A stretch of DNA of 20,000 bases from an uncultured virus (IMG/VR IMGVR_UViG_3300034102_001074) (IMGVR_UViG_3300034102_001074); one strand, 5' to 3'; positions 9,742 to 16,265 are shown, counted from the stretch's first letter. Notes: generated by a model from the letters alone, not told the origin. Numbers and translations: made by a program.

Positions 9742-10083
9742 CTACTTTGAAGTAGTCTTCTTTGCTGTAGATTTTTTAGCAGGTGCCTTAGTTGCCTTTT
9801 TTGCAGGTGCAGCTGGTGCACTTGCAGTTTTTGCTTTTGGGGCTTGCTTTACTACCATTTCTGCAATATCAACTGCTTGCTTGGCTAGTGATTCTGGGGT
9901 TGCAGTCTTACCGAATGCAATATCGTTCTTATTCATGTAGCGAATTGCTACTGGTGCAAATGCTGCGACTAGAGCAGATAAATAACTCTGCCATTCAGTA
10001 ACACCTGCTAAGTACAATGCAATTGCTGCTGCCAGGAATGCTCTTCCGTATGACTGTAGCATTGCCATCTGTGACTTTGACAT
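9742..10083 (-). CDS. Holin-like membrane protein with Lys/Ala/Pro-rich tail
   Basis: Two hydrophobic helices (RAFLAAAIALYLAG; LSALVAAFAPVAIRY) then NKNDIAFG. ATG 10083 follows GGAG. Confidence 0.6.
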   Translation of the reverse strand: MSKSQMAMLQSYGRAFLAAAIALYLAGVTEWQSYLSALVAAFAPVAIRYMNKNDIAFGKTATPESLAKQAVDIAEMVVKQAPKAKTASAPAAPAKKATKAPAKKSTAKKTTSK

Positions 10084-10201
10084 ATATTTCTCCAATGTTA
10101 TTCCCGTTTGGGATTGTACTTATCATTATACAGCAAAAAAAAATAAAATTTCGGCGGTGGCGTTCGGCGAAAAGAGAACAAAACCCAACTCCCTATATAA
10201 C

Positions 10202-10231
10202 TTGACACAAGATAAAAAGAGTTGCTATAAT
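10202..10231 (+). promoter_or_regulatory. Canonical housekeeping sigma promoter
   Basis: TTGACA-N18-TATAAT with extended TG, upstream of the 10258 ORF. Confidence 0.8.
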
Positions 10232-10257
10232 AGGTAACTACGAACAAAGGATTATAT

Positions 10258-10503
10258 ATGTCAGAAGAACAAATTGACACAGAAGTAAAGAATATGAATG
10301 ATAATCTAGGAACTATCCTATATATCATGTTAGGTCGAATTTATGATCTTCTGGTACTAATTGCTGATAGTCAAGATAAAGGTGAAGATGTATTAAAGCT
10401 TATGGAATTACATCGTCAAGGTAATATTATGTCACCTCTACCTGCATTGAATGTACCAGATTTTGAATCAGAAGAAAAGTCTTCCACATCCCCCGAAAAA
10501 TAA
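10258..10503 (+). CDS. Hypothetical protein (81 aa)
   Basis: ORF with AAGGA RBS and consensus promoter. Confidence 0.75.
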   Translation: MSEEQIDTEVKNMNDNLGTILYIMLGRIYDLLVLIADSQDKGEDVLKLMELHRQGNIMSPLPALNVPDFESEEKSSTSPEK

Positions 10504-10519
10504 AATTGTAAAAATAAAA

Positions 10520-10548
10520 TGAGCAGTTTTATGTCTTTACTCAGGACA
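10520..10548 (-). ncRNA. Candidate H-type pseudoknot RNA, copy A (3' of hsp20)
   Basis: TGTC-C-TGAGTA-AA-GACA-TAAAAC-TGCTCA; covaries with the copy at 17429. Confidence 0.55.
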
Positions 10549-10582
10549 CTTACCCATCCCAAGGTAAACCTATAGCTTTTAG

Positions 10583-10990
10583 CTACTTGATAGAGATAGC
10601 TTTTGGCTTTTTCTCTTCAGGGATATTCCTTGTAATTATAATGGATAAAATACCATCATTTAGTTTTGCATCCGAGACTTCCATATATTCTGCTAAAGCA
10701 AATGTTCTTTTGAACTTACGCCCTGCAATTCCTTTATGGATATATTCATCATTTGTTTCTGGAAGTTCTCCATCTACCGTCACACAGCAATCTTCTTCAG
10801 TAATAGTTAGATTTGACTTGTTGTATCCAGCTACTGCCAATTCAATAACGAAGTTGTCTTCACCGATTTTTTTAACGTTATATGGAGGAAAGCTAGCTGC
10901 ATTTGTTTTTGCTAAAGTTTCTAGCTTTGGGAAAAAACTTTCCCATCCGATCATGTATGGGTCATTTGCCCACGTTGTTGTATATTTCAT
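10583..10990 (-). CDS. hsp20: Small heat shock protein (Hsp20/IbpA family)
   Basis: FPPYNV, IELAVAGY, YIHKGIAGRKFKRTFALAEY, AKLNDGILSI, PEEKKPKAISI. Confidence 0.95.
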   Translation of the reverse strand: MKYTTTWANDPYMIGWESFFPKLETLAKTNAASFPPYNVKKIGEDNFVIELAVAGYNKSNLTITEEDCCVTVDGELPETNDEYIHKGIAGRKFKRTFALAEYMEVSDAKLNDGILSIIITRNIPEEKKPKAISIK

Positions 10991-11040
10991 TTTTTGCTCC
11001 TTTTAAGCGAGTTAAATTCACACCCCATAAGGCAATGTGT
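10991..11040 (-). promoter_or_regulatory. ROSE-like RNA thermometer in hsp20 5' UTR
   Basis: CUCGCU-UAAA-AGGAG pairs over the SD with a bulged G. An upstream hairpin and TATAAT (11052-11047) are present. Confidence 0.55.
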
Positions 11041-11123
11041 ATACATATTATACCCTAGATTGTATCCAATATATTATTGTTATACAAACGTTATCTGTTT
11101 GTTACCATTTTGTTATATATTAA

Positions 11124-11139
11124 TGTGATGTAGGTCACA
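11124..11139. promoter_or_regulatory. CRP/GlxR-family binding site
   Basis: TGTGA-tgtagg-TCACA, a perfect core in intergenic DNA. Confidence 0.55.
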
Positions 11140-11289
11140 TATATATAATCCTATAAAATGTGAATGCAATTTTATATTTTAGATCTGCAGCTAGACCCAT
11201 TTTCACCAAAATGTGAATGAGATTTTTATTTGTATGATGCCGAATTTTCAAAAAAGCTTTCAAAAAACATAGTGAGCACATACGAGAAC

Positions 11290-11329
11290 AAAAAAAATCA
11301 CTAGACATTTAATCTAGTGAAATTTTTTT
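11290..11329. terminator. Probable bidirectional intrinsic terminator
   Basis: TCACTAGA/TCTAGTGA stem flanked by A-tract and T-tract, downstream of the leftward mini-genes. Confidence 0.6.
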
Positions 11330-11368
11330 AAGCATAATGCCTAATTATTTTTGAAGCATAATGCGGTT

Positions 11369-11443
11369 TTAGAAATTATCTATGCTTGCTAGGTATGCAC
11401 CAATCATAATTAGTACCATAATGAATCCAAATAGTAATTCCAT
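11369..11443 (-). CDS. Membrane micropeptide (24 aa)
   Basis: MELLFGFIMVLIMIGAYLASIDNF, GAGGGG RBS. Confidence 0.5.
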   Translation of the reverse strand: MELLFGFIMVLIMIGAYLASIDNF

Positions 11444-11446
11444 TGA

Positions 11447-11635
11447 CTACCCCTCGATTGCTTCGATAACTATTGCACCAATGGCAGATAGTAAACCAAT
11501 GGCAACGGTTACTATCATTACATTGACAGACATTCCATTTAGTCCAATGACTAATAATTGTAATTCAAGTAGCAGGGCAGGTAATGAGAATACCGCAACG
11601 CCTAGCAATACATCACGCAAGTGAAACAAAAACAT
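11447..11635 (-). CDS. Small two-TM membrane protein (62 aa)
   Basis: Hydrophobic ORF with GAGGA RBS, co-oriented with its neighbours. Confidence 0.65.
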   Translation of the reverse strand: MFLFHLRDVLLGVAVFSLPALLLELQLLVIGLNGMSVNVMIVTVAIGLLSAIGAIVIEAIEG

Positions 11636-11637
11636 AA

Positions 11638-11748
11638 TTAGTCCTCACACATAATGCAGATAGAGGATTCAATTTCAAACGGTGCTAACTTGTCACCGCA
11701 CACTAGGCAGGTTGCCTTAGTGATTTGTTCTAATGCTAATTCATTCAT
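11638..11748 (-). CDS. Zn-finger micro-protein (36 aa)
   Basis: MNELALEQITKATCLVCGDKLAPFEIESSICIMCED; GAAAGG RBS; directly behind the promoter at 11781. Confidence 0.65.
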   Translation of the reverse strand: MNELALEQITKATCLVCGDKLAPFEIESSICIMCED

Positions 11749-11780
11749 TTGATTTAGCCTTTCTTGTTGTTGTTAGTTTT

Positions 11781-11802
11781 AACTTACCATAGGGGTCTGA
11801 CA
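11781..11802 (-). promoter_or_regulatory. PafBC-type promoter
   Basis: TGTCAG-acccctatgg-TAAGTT. Confidence 0.75.
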
Positions 11803-11818
11803 ATTTTTGGGTGGGTGC

Positions 11819-11905
11819 TTATTGGTTGATGATGAACCAACCAACAAACACGCTGTACAATGCAACTATTGCTAGTCCGATTGCATCTAATGTTGTAATT
11901 TCCAT
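11819..11905 (-). CDS. Membrane micropeptide (28 aa)
   Basis: MEITTLDAIGLAIVALYSVFVGWFIINQ; strong AGGAGG RBS. Confidence 0.65.
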   Translation of the reverse strand: MEITTLDAIGLAIVALYSVFVGWFIINQ

Positions 11906-11933
11906 TTCTTACCTCCTCTTATCTAATAGTCTA

Positions 11934-11955
11934 AACCTAACACACCCCACCGACA
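11934..11955 (-). promoter_or_regulatory. PafBC-type promoter (full RecA-NDp consensus)
   Basis: TGTCGG-tggggtgtgt-TAGGTT, preceded by T, i.e. tTGTCGGTG-N8-TAnnnT. Confidence 0.75.
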
Positions 11956-12001
11956 ATTTCTGCCAAATAGGGCGTGTTGTAGGTAAACATTTGGTGAACA
12001 A

Positions 12002-12221
12002 TAATCCACAGCCTTATCCACACGTTATCCACAATCCACAGGTTATCCACAGGTACTTATCCACAAGTTATCCCCAAGCTGTGGATAAAAAAATCCGCCG
12101 ACCCGTTTTCCACAGGTTATCCACAGGCTTACGATTATGATTAAAAACACAGTGAAAATTCACAGGATATCCACAGGTTATACACATGTTATCCACAGAG
12201 TTATACACAGGCTGTTGATAA
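12002..12221. repeat. DnaA-box array (putative origin or DnaA titration locus)
   Basis: TTATCCACA at 12014, 12025, 12043, 12057, 12080 (rev), 12117, 12189. TTWTNCACA at 12106, 12178, 12201. One-mismatch boxes at 12002, 12068, 12167, 12213 (rev). Confidence 0.9.
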
Positions 12222-12279
12222 GTTGTGAATTATTGTTTACCTAATGTTCATCTAAGACATACCCTAAAATGGGCAAAAC

Positions 12280-12301
12280 TGTCAGACCCCCCTGCTAAGA
12301 T
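12280..12301 (+). promoter_or_regulatory. PafBC-type promoter
   Basis: TGTCAG-acccccctgc-TAAGAT. Confidence 0.75.
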
Positions 12302-12315
12302 GAAATCATAAAGCA

Positions 12316-12374
12316 GTTGAGAATGAGCCTAGCAAATAATCCCGAAAGGGTGAGCCTAGCAAATAAGTTTCAAC
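12316..12374 (+). ncRNA. Candidate structured 5' leader RNA with duplicated 16-mer
   Basis: TGAGCCTAGCAAATAA x2 around CCC-GAAA-GGG, closed by GTTGAGA/TTTCAAC. Confidence 0.5.
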
Positions 12375-12396
12375 ACTAAAGAAAGGTAGTCTCAAA

Positions 12397-12555
12397 ATGG
12401 CTTACACTAAAATCAAGAATCTATCCCTACTACTAGATGCTATGGCACAACTAGAAGATGCTAAGGCTACCGCCCTGCAATTCCCTGCACACCAACTAAT
12501 GGTGGACTATTGGGAAATCAAAATTAAAGAATTGACTAAGCGTGTCTACGGGTAA
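12397..12555 (+). CDS. Hypothetical protein (52 aa)
   Basis: MAYTKIKNLSLLLDAM...KRVYG; GAAAGG RBS. Confidence 0.65.
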   Translation: MAYTKIKNLSLLLDAMAQLEDAKATALQFPAHQLMVDYWEIKIKELTKRVYG

Positions 12556-12558
12556 AAC

Positions 12559-12580
12559 TGTCAGACCCTTATGCTAAAGT
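12559..12580 (+). promoter_or_regulatory. PafBC-type promoter
   Basis: TGTCAG-acccttatgc-TAAAGT. Confidence 0.75.
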
Positions 12581-12612
12581 AAAACTACTAAACAAAAAAG
12601 AAAGAGGTCACT

Positions 12613-12822
12613 ATGACTTACTTAGATGTAATTGAAAACGTAACTACTCCCGCAGGAAATAGTTTCACCCATACCATTCGCTACTATGACGAATGTGAGA
12701 TTTGCCAAAATGCATTGGCAAAGAATGAGATGCCTTTCATCTCTCACGATAACTGCCTTTACAAGGGTAAGCGTAGTATCGGTCATTCACTTGCACATTG
12801 TACCGCAGGGAGTTGCTACTAA
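12613..12822 (+). CDS. Cys/His-rich hypothetical protein (69 aa)
   Basis: CEIC, HDNC, HSLAHCTAGSCY; GAGG RBS. Confidence 0.7.
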   Translation: MTYLDVIENVTTPAGNSFTHTIRYYDECEICQNALAKNEMPFISHDNCLYKGKRSIGHSLAHCTAGSCY

Positions 12823-12953
12823 TGAATAGATGCGAAAACTGTGATGAGTGGTCAGAGTGGAAATCCTGCCCTGCCTGTGATGAATCTATCTGTGGCTATT
12901 GTGTCTACTATGTAGAGCAAGACCTAACCAGTTGCGACAGATTAGGTCACTAA
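12822..12953 (+). CDS. Cys-rich Zn-finger micro-protein (43 aa)
   Basis: MNRCENC...CPAC...CGYC; TAATG stop/start overlap. Confidence 0.6.
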   Translation: MNRCENCDEWSEWKSCPACDESICGYCVYYVEQDLTSCDRLGH

Positions 12954-12957
12954 AAAC

Positions 12958-12979
12958 TGTCAGACCTCTCTGATAGTAT
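12958..12979 (+). promoter_or_regulatory. PafBC-type promoter
   Basis: TGTCAG-acctctctga-TAGTAT. Confidence 0.75.
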
Positions 12980-13016
12980 CAACTTAACAAACTAACAAAA
13001 ACGAAAGGTGGTCACA

Positions 13017-13241
13017 ATGACTACACTAAACACCAAAGACTTTCTAGAGTCTTACAAGGCTTTGCAAAATGCAAAGTATCCAACACTTCCAACAAATGAG
13101 CATCTTGTGCTTTCAACTATTCTAAGTGTATCTATTGAATGGGCAAAGCCACTTGCAGATGTGCAAGCAATACTAGACAAAAAAACTCAAGAGCAAAATC
13201 TTGAACTACAATTCTTTCAAAATGCAAAGGCAGGAAAATAA
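13017..13241 (+). CDS. Hypothetical protein (74 aa)
   Basis: GAAAGG RBS favours ATG 13017 over GTG 13008. Confidence 0.7.
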   Translation: MTTLNTKDFLESYKALQNAKYPTLPTNEHLVLSTILSVSIEWAKPLADVQAILDKKTQEQNLELQFFQNAKAGK

Positions 13242-13424
13242 ATGATGACACGCAAAGACTACATAGCAACTGCAAAGATTTTTAATTCTTATGCAGAAGC
13301 AGGACAAGACAACATTTTGATTTCTTCACTTGTAAAAAGTATCGCAGAAGATTTTGCAGATTTATTTGCAAGCGATAATCCAAACTTTGATGAAGAAAAG
13401 TTTTTAGATGCGGTAGGTGTGTAA
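13242..13424 (+). CDS. Conserved hypothetical phage protein (60 aa)
   Basis: MTRKDYIATA...FASDNPNFDEEKFLDA pattern common in small phage proteins. Confidence 0.75.
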   Translation: MMTRKDYIATAKIFNSYAEAGQDNILISSLVKSIAEDFADLFASDNPNFDEEKFLDAVGV

Positions 13425-13576
13425 TGAGATTCGTTCACAATAAAATTGACGGAACTTTCGTAATTGGAATTAGTTTTTCAAATTACTACAGTAAAAAACT
13501 AAACAGAAAAAACACATCTTTAATTTTTGATTTAGGTTCGCATTCGTTTGCGTTTGTGTTGCGTGGTGAATACTAA
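13424..13576 (+). CDS. Hypothetical protein (50 aa)
   Basis: TAATG overlaps at both ends. Confidence 0.55.
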   Translation: MRFVHNKIDGTFVIGISFSNYYSKKLNRKNTSLIFDLGSHSFAFVLRGEY

Positions 13577-13644
13577 TGAAAAATTTTTTGATCATCACTT
13601 TTCTTTTGCTAACTCTGTATGTGGTTTTCAAACTCACTGATTAA
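13576..13644 (+). CDS. Membrane micropeptide (22 aa)
   Basis: MKNFLIITFLLLTLYVVFKLTD, coupled start. Confidence 0.4.
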   Translation: MKNFLIITFLLLTLYVVFKLTD

Positions 13645-13660
13645 AAACTAAACTAAAATT

Positions 13661-13695
13661 TCTGGGCGTGTCGTTTGACATTCCCAGATTTTTTT
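13661..13695 (+). terminator. Intrinsic terminator
   Basis: TCTGGG..TGTC/GACA..CCCAGA hairpin followed by T7. Confidence 0.6.
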
Positions 13696-13774
13696 GCCGA
13701 CCCGATTTTTCAGCTTTTGTCAAGTTACGACACGATTAAAACAACACCAGAAAATCACTGGAATTTAATAAAAT

Positions 13775-13796
13775 TGTCAGACCCTTATGCTAGTAT
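13775..13796 (+). promoter_or_regulatory. PafBC-type promoter with upstream module
   Basis: TGTCAG-acccttatgc-TAGTAT. Confidence 0.75.
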
Positions 13797-13826
13797 CAGA
13801 GATACCTACTAAGAAATGAGAACGAC

Positions 13827-14360
13827 ATGAACGCAACCGACTTATACCGTAACATTGCTACTACCGCAACACCTGCACAAATTGAACAGGCAACCCAATG
13901 GTATGCAGATGCAGAATTGTTGGCTCATGATCTAATTAGAATTTACCAATCACGAAACATAAACGTGACAGTAGAAAATACTGCAAGCATAATTTCTGCA
14001 TTCTCACCTCGTCAGCGTTGGTCACGCAACATGGCACAAGCATTAGAATTTGCTCATGGTGGAAAACCTGCAGGACTAAAAAATAATTTGCTAATGGCAG
14101 AAAATTCTTTAACAATGGGATTCGATGCACTTAAAGGTCAAAAAACTAATGCATTCGCAAGAGCAATTGCAGGTGATGAGAATGCAATAACAATTGATGT
14201 GTGGATGTGTTATGCAGCAGGATTAGAAACTAATGCACCTAACAAAACACAATACCGAGAATTATCTAAGGCTGTTGAAATAGTTGCAAGCGAAATGAAA
14301 ATGACACCTAGAGTTATGCAAGCCCTGATCTGGATTGTGTTTAGGGGTAGTGCCTCATAG
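13827..14360 (+). CDS. Phage protein with HhH-GPD DNA-glycosylase-like motifs (177 aa)
   Basis: WY, SP..W..N, GQKTNAF, AITIDVW and P..MQALIW motifs. Fold assignment is inference. Confidence 0.5.
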   Translation: MNATDLYRNIATTATPAQIEQATQWYADAELLAHDLIRIYQSRNINVTVENTASIISAFSPRQRWSRNMAQALEFAHGGKPAGLKNNLLMAENSLTMGFDALKGQKTNAFARAIAGDENAITIDVWMCYAAGLETNAPNKTQYRELSKAVEIVASEMKMTPRVMQALIWIVFRGSAS

Positions 14361-14471
14361 TGGCACACCGCTTGACAAAGCTAATAAAATCTGGTCGGCA
14401 CGAATTCCCATCAAAGTCAAGTTACGACACTATTAAAAAAACCACGAGAATTTCACTGAAAACCTAGAAAT

Positions 14472-14493
14472 TGTCAGACCCTTGTGGTAAGGT
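14472..14493 (+). promoter_or_regulatory. PafBC-type promoter with upstream module
   Basis: TGTCAG-acccttgtgg-TAAGGT. Confidence 0.75.
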
Positions 14494-14523
14494 ATAACCA
14501 TACCTACAAACGAAAGGGACACT

Positions 14524-14760
14524 ATGTTCACTTTACACAACCCAATGAAAGTGATGAACGAACGCTACGTTGTTACATCACACCCTTGCCCAACTTGCAA
14601 TGAAACCAAAACCGTTTCAATTTCTTCCGCTGAACTATTTGCATACCACCAAGGTGGATTAGCCCAAACTGTATTGTCTTCTTATGATGCAGATGTGCGT
14701 GAGCGTTTCATTACAGGTATCTGTGGTACTTGTTGGGATGAAATGTTTGGGGAGGAATAA
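14524..14760 (+). CDS. Zn-binding hypothetical protein (78 aa)
   Basis: CPTC and ERFITGICGTCWDEMF; GAAAGGG RBS. Confidence 0.75.
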   Translation: MFTLHNPMKVMNERYVVTSHPCPTCNETKTVSISSAELFAYHQGGLAQTVLSSYDADVRERFITGICGTCWDEMFGEE

Positions 14761-14782
14761 TGTCAGACCTATCTGCTAAGAT
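14761..14782 (+). promoter_or_regulatory. PafBC-type promoter
   Basis: TGTCAG-acctatctgc-TAAGAT. Confidence 0.75.
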
Positions 14783-14789
14783 TAATCCT

Positions 14790-14924
14790 ATGATGAAATT
14801 ACCTGCAAGCCCTGAGCAACTTAGGGCAAGACTAGAATTGCGTAGGAGTAATGCATCCGCTAAGCACCGTAACAAAAAGAAATACACCCGTAAGTCAAAA
14901 TACAAAAACCTACTAGGAGAATAA
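14790..14924 (+). CDS. Highly basic micro-protein (44 aa), probably leaderless
   Basis: MMKLPASPEQLRARLELRRSNASAKHRNKKKYTRKSKYKNLLGE; ATG 7 nt after the -10. Confidence 0.6.
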   Translation: MMKLPASPEQLRARLELRRSNASAKHRNKKKYTRKSKYKNLLGE

Positions 14925-14925
14925 A

Positions 14926-15210
14926 ATGGGATTAAACTTTGCTACAGAGTTATCCGCTATGGATACTATGCCAATTGAGCAACAGATCAATTTGCACCTA
15001 CAATACAATTTCTATCCACCCGTTCCATCGTCAATGGTACAGCCTTGCATAGATGCTATTAATGCAATTCAGAACGAAGATTACTTTGCTGAAATTGAAT
15101 TACCACAAGGTATTGAGTATCGTGGTAGTAATTTTGCACCTGCTCAAGCAATTGCAGATAACCATCGTTTAGATGCTTGGCTAATAGAATTAGATTGGGA
15201 TGACGAGTAA
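14926..15210 (+). CDS. Hypothetical protein (94 aa)
   Basis: AGGAG RBS; HLQYNFYPPVP motif. Confidence 0.75.
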   Translation: MGLNFATELSAMDTMPIEQQINLHLQYNFYPPVPSSMVQPCIDAINAIQNEDYFAEIELPQGIEYRGSNFAPAQAIADNHRLDAWLIELDWDDE

Positions 15211-15303
15211 AACTTGACAGACCCACCGAAAGGTGGTCGGCACAGTTAAAGCTATTTGTCAAGTTAAGAAACTTAAGAAAAAATCACGGAAAGCACTAGA
15301 AAT

Positions 15304-15325
15304 TGTCAGACCTTTGTGGTATGCT
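15304..15325 (+). promoter_or_regulatory. PafBC-type promoter with upstream module
   Basis: TGTCAG-acctttgtgg-TATGCT. Confidence 0.75.
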
Positions 15326-15351
15326 TTCAGCATAACCTACTAAGGAGAGAA

Positions 15352-15468
15352 GTGTCAGAACTAATTAAAGATTTGTTTGAGGGTGTCATTGATGATGAAG
15401 CCATCGCAAAATTATCAACAGAAGAACTAGAAGCAATTAACAAAATGCTAACGGAAGCAGGTTACTAA
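15352..15468 (+). CDS. Acidic micro-protein (38 aa)
   Basis: GTG start after AAGGAG; MSELIKDLFEG...EAGY. Confidence 0.6.
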   Translation: MSELIKDLFEGVIDDEAIAKLSTEELEAINKMLTEAGY

Positions 15469-15469
15469 A

Positions 15470-15808
15470 ATGGGTGCAAGAATTAATTTCGTATTTGATG
15501 ACGGAACAGACAGTCTAGTTAATCTTTATTCACATTGGGGTGAATCTAATTGGCAAGATGATTTGGTTGGTGCATTGATACACGCACAACCACGCAAGGG
15601 TGATACCTCATACTTTACTCGTATGGTTATCTCACACTTAATGAAAGACTATGTATTAGATGAAACTGGTTTTGGTATCTATGCAATTAGCCGTTCAGAA
15701 ATTGCTAACAATTTTGATAAGACAGTTGTATTAGATTTAGTAAACAATCTACTTACTGATTTAGATAATGGTAATTCAGTTGAGTTGTATGGAAAGGTAT
15801 TTGCGTAA
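15470..15808 (+). CDS. Conserved hypothetical phage protein (112 aa)
   Basis: MGARINF...LYSHWG...DTSYFTRM. Confidence 0.75.
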   Translation: MGARINFVFDDGTDSLVNLYSHWGESNWQDDLVGALIHAQPRKGDTSYFTRMVISHLMKDYVLDETGFGIYAISRSEIANNFDKTVVLDLVNNLLTDLDNGNSVELYGKVFA

Positions 15809-15990
15809 TGAGTAATAGTAAAAGGTATTTAGAAGATTTACAAGATAAAAATATGACAGCACAAGAAATTCTTAATCGTTGGTATCCAAATGGAAACTAC
15901 ACCGAATCAGATGTATGGGATGCCATTGCAGAAGCAAATGGTATGGACTATTCAGAAATTGCAGATGGAGATTTAGCAGAATGGCTATAA
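15808..15990 (+). CDS. Acidic hypothetical protein (60 aa)
   Basis: TAATG coupling with the upstream gene. Confidence 0.7.
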   Translation: MSNSKRYLEDLQDKNMTAQEILNRWYPNGNYTESDVWDAIAEANGMDYSEIADGDLAEWL

Positions 15991-16109
15991 GACTATTTAA
16001 TCGTAAGCAAGAAATGTCAGACCCTTATGTTATACTAGACAAACTAATGTCAGAAATGGCATCAGATAAGATTTACATTGAGTATCTACGATTGAGAGAA
16101 AGTGTATAG
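15981..16109 (+). CDS. Possible micro-protein (42 aa) spanning a promoter
   Basis: ATG 15981 after GGAG; start uncertain. Confidence 0.4.
   Translation: MAIRLFNRKQEMSDPYVILDKLMSEMASDKIYIEYLRLRESV
16015..16036 (+). promoter_or_regulatory. PafBC-type promoter
   Basis: TGTCAG-acccttatgt-TATACT. Confidence 0.72.
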
Positions 16110-16265
16110 TTGAAATTATTTTTTGGTATACTTGCTATGTTATTTGCTTTTGGTTTCGTGATAGGTTTAATTTCTAAACTTAGTTGGCTTGAAGATAAAA
16201 TAGATAGTGACATAAACGAAGCATCAGAACTTGACAAATACAAAACCTATGATTGGAAACTATGA
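16110..16265 (+). CDS. Single-TM small protein (51 aa)
   Basis: TTG start, MKLFFGILAMLFAFGFVIGLI...; ATGA overlap with the next gene. Confidence 0.55.
   Translation: MKLFFGILAMLFAFGFVIGLISKLSWLEDKIDSDINEASELDKYKTYDWKL

Noticed and set aside
10149..10172. GC-rich imperfect hairpin in the divergent intergenic region
   Set aside because: Single copy with a mismatched stem; no supportable function.
2147..10328. Antisense or overlapping ORFs (2147, 2277, 3797, 4808, 6560, 7577, 9004, 9036, 9671, 9792, 10017, 10098)
   Set aside because: Shadows of longer genes or of a promoter region, with no RBS or protein-like motifs.
11811..12140. 109-aa plus-strand ORF across the DnaA boxes
   Set aside because: Translation of repeats (VIHN/VIHR), antisense to a well-supported micro-gene, no RBS.
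12002..12221. Window as a bacterial chromosome origin region
   Set aside because: No dnaA, dnaN, rpmH or other housekeeping genes; all flanking genes are phage-like.
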